Made by a program: the position numbers and the translations under genes
Notes under the pieces: model-generated
Database searches by the model: none
What the model was told of the DNA's origin: nothing
Seen by the model: only the letters and a program-made list of their open reading frames with translations
From: Candidatus Eiseniibacteriota bacterium
Lineage (GTDB): Bacteria > Eisenbacteria > RBG-16-71-46 > SZUA-252
Length of the DNA stretch: 64,000 bases
Direction: 5' to 3'
Assembly: GCA_963703225.1 (NCBI GenBank)
Contig: OY969801.1
Location: 672,001-736,000 of the forward strand
Shown: one piece after another, positions 47,934 through 57,152 of the stretch
How the letters are laid out: each line of letters begins with the position of its first letter
Numbering within the stretch: position 1 is the first letter of the stretch

Positions 47934-49092
47934 CTACCCGATGGCGCACTCGTTCCTCCCCGATTCGAGCTCCTGGGCTTCCATGTCCCAGACTTGAAGT
48001 GAGCCCGAGGTTCACCGCCTTGATCTTCCGGTAGGCGTCGGGGGAGGTCCCGACCTTCCGCTTCACCCAGCTGATGAATTCGTCCGCGCCGCGAATCCGG
48101 AACGGCTCGTTGCCCCGGGCGAGCGCTTCGAGCGTGCGTCCCACGCTCCGGTCGGGTTCGCGCTCGGCGTCCGACGCGTAGTGGGCCGGGAGAACCCGCA
48201 GATCCGCGCGCCAGGAGCTGCGCGCGTTGTCGAGGCTCTGCCAGAGGATCGGTGTCCACTCGTCCGTCTTTCCCCCCAGATCGGGCCGGCCCACCGATGT
48301 GATGAAGAGGAAATCGCCGGTCAAAGCCGCGTCGTCTCCCGCGTGGTAGGTAACGCTCCCCATCGTGTGTCCCGGCGTGTGCTCGATGCGGATCGCCGCG
48401 CTCCCAACCGGGAGCGCTTGCCCTTCGGCGAGCGGCGCGAACTCGATGGTCGCCGGGGAACCGTCATAGGGAAGGATCGCGTCGGCGGGGTGGAGGTAGT
48501 AGGGAACGCGGAGCGCCTTGGAGAGCCCCGGCCCACCGCTGATGTAATCGGCGTGCGCGTGGGTGTCGGCGACGGCGACGACCTTGAGTCCCAGCTCCCG
48601 GGCGGTGTCGAGGTAGAGGCGGTTCTTGCGCGGGGGATCGACGAGGATCGCCTCCCCGCCGGCGGCGAGCAGATAGCCCAGATTACCCTTTGCGATTCGG
48701 TCGAACTGGATCAGATGATCGAACCCGACCGGGGGCTTCAGTGTGCGCGGCACCAGCGCGTCCGCCCACGCGGCCATGCCGCCCCGAATCGAGATCGCGT
48801 GAAACCCGATCTCGTTCAAGTGGAGCGCGACCTGCTTGCTGCTGTTTCCGCGCCCACAGACCACGACGAGAGGGCCGTCGGGGGCGAGGGCATCGGAGAT
48901 CGCTTCACCCCTAGCCAGAATCTCGGAGCCGCGGATGTTGATGAACCGCTCCGAGGGGACGATGTCGATTCGCCCCGTCGCCAATGCCTCCGGAGCGCGC
49001 ACGTCGAGGACCCGGACAGCCGCGCCTGACTCGACGGTGCGGACGAAGTCTTCAGGGGTCATCTCGGGTGCGTCGGGGACTCCCACCATCAT
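47934..49092 (-). CDS. Rhodanese + MBL-fold hydrolase (persulfide dioxygenase-like); C-terminal frameshift near 48000
   Basis: VLDVR...VVCGRG (rhodanese), DTHAHADY, HTPGHT, TGDFLF..VGRPDL. The shifted frame restores the typical end ELESGRNECAIG*. Confidence 0.85.
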
Positions 49093-49165
49093 GCCAGTTT
49101 GAATCCCCCCGCCCAGACCGTCAACCCCGTTTGACCCAGCACCCGCGCCGGGGCAAGATACAGGG

Positions 49166-50224
49166 ATGGCCTCGAATCCCTCGCGGATTAGCGAAGTACT
49201 GCCCGGGCTCGCGTTCTCCATCCTCGTGGGGCTCGCCGCACGCCTGGTTCATCGCGCCCTCCCGCCGCACCTGGCCAGCTCGCTCGGAGAGGTGATCTTC
49301 GCGGTCGTGATCGGGCTCGTCCTGGGGAACCTCGCCGCCCTCCCCAAGATTCTTGCCCCGGGAATCCGGTTCTCGTTTCAAACGGTGCTGCGCGCCGCGA
49401 TCGTGCTCCTGGGGGCCGCCTTCTCGTTTCAGCAAGTCATGGCCATCGGGGGGAAGGCGTTGGTGATGATCGTCGCGCTCATGTCCTTAGCGCTCGCCGC
49501 GGCCCACCTCCTGGGGAAATTGGCGGGCGTGCCGGGCAGGCTCGCGACCTTGATCGGGGTCGGCACCGCGGTCTGCGGAAACTCGGCGATCGTCGCCGTG
49601 GCGCCGGTGATCCGCGCGCGCGACGAGGAGGTCTCGTTCGCGGTAGCGACGAACACGATCTTCGGGACCCTGGCGGTGCTCCTCTATCCGGTGATCGGCC
49701 GCCTCTTCCATTTCACCGATCCGCAATTCGGAACGTGGGCCGGCACGGCGGTCAACGACACGTCGCAGGTCGTTGCCACCGGATTCGCCTTCAGCGAGGC
49801 GGCGGGCCGCCTCGCGACCGCCGTGAAGCTGACCCGAAACGCCCTGATGGGCGGTGTGATCGTGGGCATCGGGCTCGCGTACGCGCGCGCCGGGGCGGAG
49901 ACGGGTGTGCCGGCCTCGTTCGGCCGTCGTCTCAAGGACTCACTCCCGGTATTCGTCCTGGGATTTCTCGCGATGGCGATCTTGAACACGTTCGGCGCGC
50001 TGGCCTGGCTCTCCCGGGTCGCCGGCCACGACGTGGCGGCGCTCCTTCGCGAGACGTCGCGGGCGATGATTCTCGTCGCCCTGGCCGGCGTGGGCCTCTC
50101 CACCCGTATCTCCGACATGCGTCGGACGGGCATCAAGCCCTTTCTCATCGGGCTCGCGGTGGCGGCGCTGACTTCGGGCGCGAGCCTCCTCCTGATCCGG
50201 ATCCTGGGACCCGCCTCCGGATGA
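49166..50224 (+). CDS. YeiH-family putative sulfate exporter
   Basis: LRAAIVLLG, GTAVCGNSAIVA, WAGTAVNDTSQVVA, VKLTR. Confidence 0.88.
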   Translation: MASNPSRISEVLPGLAFSILVGLAARLVHRALPPHLASSLGEVIFAVVIGLVLGNLAALPKILAPGIRFSFQTVLRAAIVLLGAAFSFQQVMAIGGKALVMIVALMSLALAAAHLLGKLAGVPGRLATLIGVGTAVCGNSAIVAVAPVIRARDEEVSFAVATNTIFGTLAVLLYPVIGRLFHFTDPQFGTWAGTAVNDTSQVVATGFAFSEAAGRLATAVKLTRNALMGGVIVGIGLAYARAGAETGVPASFGRRLKDSLPVFVLGFLAMAILNTFGALAWLSRVAGHDVAALLRETSRAMILVALAGVGLSTRISDMRRTGIKPFLIGLAVAALTSGASLLLIRILGPASG

Positions 50225-51174
50225 CCGAGCTTCCTCCGGGGTTCGTCCTCCGCCGTCCGGAGCGGTCGGACGCCGAAGGGATCCTGGCGCTCCTGATTGC
50301 CTGCGACCTGGCGGACGAGGGGCGGCCCGACACGACGATGGAGGATCTCGTGGCCGACTGGGCGCTCCCGCGCTTCGACCGCTCGCGCGACGCGTGGATC
50401 GTGGTCGCTCCTGACCGGTCGATCGCCGGCTATGCTTGGGGGTGGGATCGCGCGCCCCATGTCGACATCCAGGCGGATTTGCAAGTATTCCCGGAGCTTC
50501 GGCTGCGGGGAATCGAGGAGGTGCTGCTCGGCCTGCTCGAAACGCGCGGGCGCGAACATATCGGGGCGGCGCCGCGGGGAAAGGAAGTCCTCCTCTCCCT
50601 CTTCGCGAAGCCGGTGAGCGGGCTGGCCACGCTCCTCCAGTCGCGGGGATACAATCGGTCGCGGACGTTCTTGCGCCTGACCATCGAATTGCAGATGGGG
50701 TATCCCGCGCCGCTTGCGCCGCCGGGGATCGAGATCCGCCCGTTTCGCCGGAACGTCGACGAGCGGGCGCTCCACGACGTGATCGCGGAATCGTTCGCGG
50801 ATCACTTTCGCTTCGCGCCGGAGCCTCACGACGAATGGGTCGCGCGGCGCGTCGGCCATCCTGAATTCGATCCGGGGCTTTGGCGGATCGCCTGGGATGG
50901 AGAAACCGCCGCGGGTGGGGTCCTCCCATATCAGTTCGGCGATCTCGGTTGGATTCGGGAGCTGGGGGTGCGATCGGCGTGGCGCGGTCGCGGGATCGGC
51001 AAGGCGCTCCTTCTGGCCACCTTTCGCGAGTTCGACTCGCGCGGACAGCATCGCATCAGCTTGGGCGTGGACGCCGCCAACGCTTCCGGGGCCACCCGCC
51101 TCTATGAGAGTGTCGGAATGTACGAGGAGGACCGCCACGACCTCTTCCAGCTTTCGCTCCGCTCCCGGGACTGA
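50221..51174 (+). CDS. Tandem GNAT acetyltransferase
   Basis: VFPELRLRGI and LGVRSAWRGRGIGKALL...GATRLYESVG. Confidence 0.85.
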   Translation: MTELPPGFVLRRPERSDAEGILALLIACDLADEGRPDTTMEDLVADWALPRFDRSRDAWIVVAPDRSIAGYAWGWDRAPHVDIQADLQVFPELRLRGIEEVLLGLLETRGREHIGAAPRGKEVLLSLFAKPVSGLATLLQSRGYNRSRTFLRLTIELQMGYPAPLAPPGIEIRPFRRNVDERALHDVIAESFADHFRFAPEPHDEWVARRVGHPEFDPGLWRIAWDGETAAGGVLPYQFGDLGWIRELGVRSAWRGRGIGKALLLATFREFDSRGQHRISLGVDAANASGATRLYESVGMYEEDRHDLFQLSLRSRD

Positions 51175-51324
51175 ATCGATCCGGTGCCGCCCGGGTCCGG
51201 GGGTGGCTCCCCCGAAGGTGGGCTCAGGAGGCCCGCGCAAGTCCTTATGGCCCAACGGAGCGGCCGGCCGCCCGGGACGGCCTCGAGAATTCGTCGGGTT
51301 CGGGCCTTCGGCGAGCGATTTCCG

Positions 51325-51353
51325 TTGACGGGGCTTCGGGGCCTCCTTAATTT
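51325..51353 (+). promoter_or_regulatory. Possible sigma-70 promoter for the acidic protein/speB unit
   Basis: TTGACG-N17-TAATTT. Confidence 0.5.
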
Positions 51354-51417
51354 CCCGACGCAGTTTTCCGCACCCTTGGCGCAGTCCCCGCACCCACGGC
51401 CTTTGAGGAGTCTCATC

Positions 51418-51654
51418 ATGATCGGGCAGAGCTTCACCAGCGAGTTTGAGTTCTTGGAACCGACGCTTCCCAACAATCCGCTTGTCTGGGAGGCCAGGGA
51501 CCGCTACGACGACTTCACCGACAGCCTGGACGGCGACGACGACGAGATATACGAGGACGAAGAGGAAGAGGACGACGATTACGACGACGAGGATGACGAG
51601 GACGACGACGAGGACGACGAGGAAGAAGAGGACGAGGAAGAAGAAGACCTTTAG
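51418..51654 (+). CDS. 78-aa extremely acidic protein
   Basis: GAGGAG RBS. 44 of 78 residues are Asp/Glu, encoded by mixed GAC/GAG/GAA/GAT codons. Confidence 0.7.
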   Translation: MIGQSFTSEFEFLEPTLPNNPLVWEARDRYDDFTDSLDGDDDEIYEDEEEEDDDYDDEDDEDDDEDDEEEEDEEEEDL

Positions 51655-51727
51655 TCGCCGCGCACCCGCGGCGCCTCCCAGGACCCGCGCGTTGGGCGCG
51701 GATCGCCCCCCGATCGAGGATTTCCAC

Positions 51728-52663
51728 GTGCCCAGGCCGCCCCGCGCGCGCCTCACCATGCCGGAGCCGCTGCTCTTCCTGGGGCTCCGCGCATCCGAAT
51801 CGCAGCTCTCCAAAGCGCGAGTCGTGGTCATCCCCGCGCCGTTCGATCAGACGACCAGCTACCTGCCCGGTACCCGATTCGGGCCCAAGGCCATCCTCGA
51901 GGCCTCGCGCCAGGTGGAGTTCTACGACGAGGAGCTGGACCGCGAGCCGTTCGAGATCGGGGTCGCGACCCTGGCGGAGATCGAGGTCGAGCCGGCGGAC
52001 ATCGAGGCGGGGCTTCGGAAGCTCGAGGCGACGGTCGCGGAGGTGGCGGCGAAGGGGAAGATCCCGCTCACCCTCGGCGGCGAGCACTCGCTGACGTTGG
52101 CGCCCGGTGGCCGCCGCTGCGGGAGCGCTACCCGGGGCTGGCGGTGCTCCAGCTCGATGCCCACCTCGACTTGCGCGATTCATACCAGGGGACCAAGCTG
52201 AGCCACGCCTCCGTGATGCGGCGCGTGCGGGAGCTGGGCGTTCCCACCGTCGCGGTGGGCATCCGGAGCGTCTCGCGCGAGGAGGCCGACTATGTCCACG
52301 CCGAGAAGGCGCCGGTCTTTCTGGCCCGGGAGATCCGGGCCCGCGGGCTCGACGTGAGCGCCATCGTGGCGGCGCTGCCGAACCCCGTCTACGTTACGAT
52401 CGACTTGGACGTCTTCGATCCCGTCCTACGTGCCCGCGGTCGGGACGCCGGAGCCGGGCGGCCTCACCTGGGACGAGGTGCTCCGCCTCCTGCGCGCGGT
52501 CTGCGAGCGGCGGCAGGTGGTGGGGTGCGACATCGTCGAGCTATGCCCGATTCCCGGCCAGCCCGCGTCCGATTTCCTGGCCGCGAAGCTGGTCAACAAG
52601 GTGATCGGCTACCTGGGAATCGCCCCCGAGCGTGGCGGCCGGCCGGCCCGCCGGAAGCGCTGA
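51728..52663 (+). CDS. speB: Agmatinase (ureohydrolase family); frameshifts near 52110 and 52430
   Basis: PFDQTTSY.PGTRFGP, LGGEHS, QLDAHLDLRD, TIDLDVFDP, GTPEPGGL, GCDIVEL. Confidence 0.88.
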
Positions 52664-52664
52664 G

Positions 52665-53846
52665 GTGAGCATCGGGCGAATCATTCTCGGCAAGAACCAG
52701 GAACGGCGGCTTCGCGCCGGGCACCTCTGGGTCTTCAGCAACGAAATCGAGTCCATCGAGGAGACGCCCGAGCCGGGGGGCGAGGTCCTGGTCCTCGATC
52801 GCCGCGGCGGAATCGTCGGCGTCGGCCTTTACAATCCGCATTCGCTCATCGCCGTGCGCCTCTTTGCCCGACGCCAGCGCCCCATCGACCAGCCACTCTT
52901 TCGGGAACGTCTGGAGCGCGCGGTGGAGCTTCGCAAGCGCATCCTCCCGGTCGAGCAGACCTACCGCCTCGTATTCAGCGAGGGCGACTTTCTGCCGGGG
53001 CTCATCGTCGACCGCTACGGCGACTATCTCTCCGTCCAGAGCCTCACGCTGGGGATCGAGAAACGGATCGACATGATCCTCGACCTGCTGATGGAAACGC
53101 TCCACCCCTCCGCGATCATCTGCCGCCGAGATTCGCGCTCGAGGACGCACGAGCAGCTTCCGTTGATCGAGCCGCTCTTCCGCGGCAACGTTCCCGACCG
53201 GATCGATACTCCCTATGAAGGATTTGTTCTCGAGACCGATCTCAAGGGGGGACAGAAGACGGGCGAGTTCCTGGATCAGCGGGATAACAGGAAACGGGTC
53301 GCCCTGGAATCACGGGGGCGCCGCGTCCTCGATCTCTACTGCCACACCGGCCTCTTCTCTCTCCATTGCGCGACGGCCGGCGCGGCGTCGGTGATCGGGA
53401 TCGACAGCTCGGGTCCCGCCATCGAGCGGGCGCGGAACAATCATCGGCGCAACGCGTCGACCCGACAGGTCGAATTCCGCGAGGCGGAGGTGGAGAGCGC
53501 GCTGGAACAGTTCGAGCTCGACGGCCATCGATTCGAGCTGATCGTGATCGATCCGCCGTCTTTGGTGAAGAGCCGGAAGACGTTCCGCGAAGGCGCGGCC
53601 AAGTACGAGGCCCTGAACGCGTCGGCCATGCGCCTCATCCCTTCCGGGGGCATGCTCGCCTCGGCGAGCTGCTCGCACCATGTCGACGCGACGTCGTTCC
53701 TCGATATCTTGCGGGCGGCGGCGAAGAGGGCCGGGGCGGCGTTTCGGGTGGTCGAAGTGAGGGGGCAGAGCCGCGACCATCCCATGCTCCTGGCCGTGAG
53801 GGAGACGTCGTACCTCACGATGGTCCTCGCGGAGCGGATCCATTGA
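52665..53846 (+). CDS. RlmI-like class I SAM-dependent rRNA methyltransferase
   Basis: GHLWVFSNE (PUA), SEGDFLPGLIVDRY, GQKTGEFLDQRDNR, VLDLYCHTG, IVIDPP. Confidence 0.9.
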   Translation: MSIGRIILGKNQERRLRAGHLWVFSNEIESIEETPEPGGEVLVLDRRGGIVGVGLYNPHSLIAVRLFARRQRPIDQPLFRERLERAVELRKRILPVEQTYRLVFSEGDFLPGLIVDRYGDYLSVQSLTLGIEKRIDMILDLLMETLHPSAIICRRDSRSRTHEQLPLIEPLFRGNVPDRIDTPYEGFVLETDLKGGQKTGEFLDQRDNRKRVALESRGRRVLDLYCHTGLFSLHCATAGAASVIGIDSSGPAIERARNNHRRNASTRQVEFREAEVESALEQFELDGHRFELIVIDPPSLVKSRKTFREGAAKYEALNASAMRLIPSGGMLASASCSHHVDATSFLDILRAAAKRAGAAFRVVEVRGQSRDHPMLLAVRETSYLTMVLAERIH

Positions 53847-53865
53847 TGCGAAATCGGGAGCGGCG

Positions 53866-54228
53866 ATGACCGAGCAAGAGCCCGAGCCGGGGTTGAGCCA
53901 GAAGGATCTCTTCCTCGGCCTGATCCATTCGTTCCAGGCCGCGGCGATGCAGCAGATGGGGAAGATCGCCAACCCCTACACGGATAAGATCGAGCGCGAC
54001 ATGCGTCAGGCCAAGCTCTCGATCGACATGCTCGAGATGCTTAAGGAGCGGACGAGTGGGAACCTGACGGGCGAGGAGACCCGGTTCATTCAGCACGTGT
54101 TGACCGAGCTGCGCCTGAACTACGTCGCCGAGGTGGAGGAGGAGAAGAAGGGATCCCAGGCTCCGCCGGCGTCCGGGGCTCCACCGGCGTCCCAGACTCC
54201 GCCGGCGTCCGGAGAGCCGAACCCCTAA
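53866..54228 (+). CDS. DUF1844-like protein
   Basis: MGKIANP...AKLSIDMLEMLKERTSGNL..EE...LRLNYV. The C-terminus is an 18-bp tandem repeat (54154-54212). Confidence 0.8.
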   Translation: MTEQEPEPGLSQKDLFLGLIHSFQAAAMQQMGKIANPYTDKIERDMRQAKLSIDMLEMLKERTSGNLTGEETRFIQHVLTELRLNYVAEVEEEKKGSQAPPASGAPPASQTPPASGEPNP

Positions 54229-54238
54229 CAGAGGTTCC

Positions 54239-55087
54239 CTATCCCCGCTTCGGGCCGCCCTTCCGCGGGCCCTCTTCTTCCCGCTTCACCGCTTCCCAGA
54301 GCCGGTCCAGCTCGGGGAGCCCCGCCCCCTCGGGCGAGCGTCCCTCGGCACCCAGCATCGCGACCACCCGGTCGAACCGGTGCCTGAACTTGTCCGTGGC
54401 CGCGCGCAGGCGGGCTTCGGGATCGATCTTCACGAACCTCGCGAGATTCACGGCCGCGAAGAGAAGATCCCCGATCTCCTTGGCGGCTTCGGCTTCCTCC
54501 CCCGCGACGATCGCCTCTTCGACCTCGGCTGTCTCCTCGCGGAGCTTGGCCAAAACCCCCTGCACGTTCTCCCAGTCGAATCCCACCGACGCCGCCTTCT
54601 CCTGGACGCGGTAGGCCGTGAGCAGAGCGGGGAGGCCGGCCGGGCTCGTGCCGAGGAGCGACCCGCCACCCTTTTCACGCCGCTTTCCCTCCTCCCACTG
54701 CCGGAGGACGCCCTGCGAATCGAGCCCTCCTCGCTCCCCGAATACGTGGGGGTGGCGCGCGATCATCTTGGCGATCGTCCCCCGCACCACCGAAGCGGGG
54801 GAAGTATTCCCCTCTCGCTCGAGGCGAACGGCGAGGAACGTGACCAGGAAGAGGAGGTCGCCCAGCTCCTCCACGGCCGCGGCCCCATCGTCGGCCGCGA
54901 TCGCGTCGGTGACCTCGTGCGCTTCCTCGACGATGTAAGGGGAGAGGGTCCGGCTCGTCTGCTCCCGATCCCACGGGCAGCCGTCGGGGCCGGAGAGGTG
55001 CCGAACCAAGTCAAGAAGCTCGGCCGCCGCCGCGGCGAACTCGGAGCGGTCGTGCGCCCGCGGGGAAGCTGGCTTCGAAGGGGTCAT
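54239..55087 (-). CDS. mazG: Nucleoside triphosphate pyrophosphohydrolase MazG
   Basis: GCPWDREQT, EEAHEV, EELGDLL, RHPHVFG, GFDW, EIGDLLFA. Confidence 0.95.
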   Translation of the reverse strand: MTPSKPASPRAHDRSEFAAAAAELLDLVRHLSGPDGCPWDREQTSRTLSPYIVEEAHEVTDAIAADDGAAAVEELGDLLFLVTFLAVRLEREGNTSPASVVRGTIAKMIARHPHVFGERGGLDSQGVLRQWEEGKRREKGGGSLLGTSPAGLPALLTAYRVQEKAASVGFDWENVQGVLAKLREETAEVEEAIVAGEEAEAAKEIGDLLFAAVNLARFVKIDPEARLRAATDKFRHRFDRVVAMLGAEGRSPEGAGLPELDRLWEAVKREEEGPRKGGPKRG

Positions 55088-55193
55088 CCGGCGAGTGTAG
55101 AAGGGAAACGAGGTCGAAGTCCATGCGGCGCCGCTTGCTTCGGGATGGGCCGTGTGGTAGTCGTGGAGTGGCTGAGGCAAGGCCGCCACCAAT

Positions 55194-56447
55194 ATGGAAT
55201 TCCCCACCTGGGTTGAAGTCGACCTCGATCGCTTCCGCCGGAACCTCGGCGCCATCCGCGCGGCCATCGGAGCCGGGCGGCGGATCCTGCTCGTGGTCAA
55301 AGCCGACGCCTACGGGCATGGAGCCGTCGAGATCGCGCGCCACGCCATCGCCGCGGGCGTTCACATGCTGGGTGTGGCGACGCTCCACGAGGGGATCGAG
55401 CTGCGTAGCGCGGGGATCACCGCCCCGGTCGTCATCCTCAGCCCCACGCTCCTCTCCGAAGTCGATGAGATCATCGAGCACCGCCTCACCCCCTGCATCG
55501 GGACGCTGGAGTTTGCCGATCTCTTCTCGCGGCGCTGCGTGGCGCACCAGGTTCTCTCGCGGTTCCACGTCGAGGTGGATACCGGCATGGGCCGCACGGG
55601 AGTCGCGGACGGCGAGGCACTCCCCTTCATCGAGCGGGTCATCGAGATGCCGAATCTGACGCTGGAGGGCGTTTTCACCCATTTCCCGCATGCCGACAGC
55701 GGGCGCACCGACGTGACCGAGGAGCAGCTCCGCCGCTTTGGGGAGATACTTCGCGCTCTCTCCCTGCGCAAGATCGAGGTCCCGATCCGCCACGCGGCGA
55801 ACAGCGCCGGCATGCTGAGCGTGAAGGATTCCCATCTCGATATGGTCCGTCCCGGGATCCTTGCCTACGGGTTTTACCCCAGCGCCGAGGTACCCCAGTC
55901 CATCCCGGTCGAAGGGGTTATGTCCTTCAAGACGCGGATCGTCCAGTTACGGGATATACCGCCGGGGCGCTATATCAGCTATGGTCGCACCTATCAGACC
56001 TCCCGCTGGACCCGGGTCGCGGTCCTGCCGGTCGGTTACGGGCATGGGTATCCCTGGACTCTTTCGAATCGGGGCCAGGTGTTGATCCGCGGGAAACGGG
56101 CGCCGATCGTGGGCCGCGTCACCATGGATTTGACGATGGTCGACGCGTCAGGGATCGACGAGGCGTCGCTCGGCGACGAGGTCGTTCTGTGGGGGGAGCA
56201 GCGGGGAGCGCGGATCGGGCTCGACGAGGTCGCGGCCTGGGCGCAGACGATACCCTACGATCTTCTCTGCAGCATGGGGAAGCGGGTGGTGCGTATCTTC
56301 TTGGAATCAGGACATCCACCCAAGGTACTGACGCTGATTGGCGAGCGCCAGGAAGTCGAGGTGGCCGAGCTCGGAAGCGCCGGCACGGCGGGAAAACGCC
56401 GTCGCCGCAAGGTCCAGTATCGGACCCGGGCCGGTTCCTCGGGATGA
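55194..56447 (+). CDS. alr: Alanine racemase
   Basis: VVKADAYGHG, DTGMGRTG, HAANSAG, VRPGI, GRVTMD. Confidence 0.95.
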   Translation: MEFPTWVEVDLDRFRRNLGAIRAAIGAGRRILLVVKADAYGHGAVEIARHAIAAGVHMLGVATLHEGIELRSAGITAPVVILSPTLLSEVDEIIEHRLTPCIGTLEFADLFSRRCVAHQVLSRFHVEVDTGMGRTGVADGEALPFIERVIEMPNLTLEGVFTHFPHADSGRTDVTEEQLRRFGEILRALSLRKIEVPIRHAANSAGMLSVKDSHLDMVRPGILAYGFYPSAEVPQSIPVEGVMSFKTRIVQLRDIPPGRYISYGRTYQTSRWTRVAVLPVGYGHGYPWTLSNRGQVLIRGKRAPIVGRVTMDLTMVDASGIDEASLGDEVVLWGEQRGARIGLDEVAAWAQTIPYDLLCSMGKRVVRIFLESGHPPKVLTLIGERQEVEVAELGSAGTAGKRRRRKVQYRTRAGSSG

Positions 56448-56454
56448 GGAGGGC

Positions 56455-56718
56455 ATGAGCGAGAGAGATTTCCAGGTCGGAGATTGGGTGCGGCACCCGG
56501 AGTTTGGGGACGGCTTGATCCTCGAGTCAAAGGGCGGGGGAGAGTCGGCGTCGGTGCTGGTCTCGTTCCCTGACAACTCCCGGCGGAGGCTTATGGTGCG
56601 GTTTGCGCGCCTGAGCTTGCTGGAGCCACCCCCATCCGCGAAGGGAAGGGCCGGCCACGCCGAGGAAAAGACGGGGGCCCGCGCCAAAGCCAGCCGCAAG
56701 CGCACCGGAAGCAAATAG
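56455..56718 (+). CDS. Stand-alone PcrA/UvrD C-terminal Tudor-like domain protein
   Basis: GAGGAGGG RBS. FQVGDWVRHPEFGDGLI...VSF...RRLMVRFARL followed by a basic tail. Confidence 0.7.
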   Translation: MSERDFQVGDWVRHPEFGDGLILESKGGGESASVLVSFPDNSRRRLMVRFARLSLLEPPPSAKGRAGHAEEKTGARAKASRKRTGSK

Positions 56719-56719
56719 G

Positions 56720-57130
56720 GTGACGGGCGTTGATGCCCCCGCCGCGCGCCTTTTGGCCGCGGCGCGTGCCCTGTTGCCGTCGGCGGCGGCCCGCTACTCC
56801 AAGTTCCGGGTCGCCGCGGTGGTCGAAGACGCTTCTGGCGGAGTTCACCCTGGCGTGAACGTCGAGAGCGTGAGCTACGGCCTTACCCTCTGCGCGGAAC
56901 GGGTCGCGCTTTCCGGCGCGCTCGCTCGCGGCGCGAAGAATTTTCGGAGAATCGCGGTCGTGGCGGATCGCGCCAAGCCGGTCCTCCCCTGCGGCGCCTG
57001 CCGCCAGCTCCTCTTGGAATATGCCCCCGATCTGCTGCTCATCGTGGAGGGCGCGGACGGAGGCGTCGAGGAGATCCCACTCCAAACGCTCCTTCCCCGT
57101 CCGTTTCTGAGCCTCGACGGGGCGTCCTGA
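56720..57130 (+). CDS. cdd: Cytidine deaminase
   Basis: YSKFRV, GVNVE, CAERVA, PCGACRQ. Confidence 0.93.
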   Translation: MTGVDAPAARLLAAARALLPSAAARYSKFRVAAVVEDASGGVHPGVNVESVSYGLTLCAERVALSGALARGAKNFRRIAVVADRAKPVLPCGACRQLLLEYAPDLLLIVEGADGGVEEIPLQTLLPRPFLSLDGAS

Positions 57131-57152
57131 TCCGGGTGCTCGACCCGAGACC

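Noticed and set aside
54154..54212. 18-bp tandem repeat as a regulatory element
   Set aside because: It lies in frame and encodes a low-complexity S(Q/G)(A/T)PPA tail of the DUF1844-like protein.
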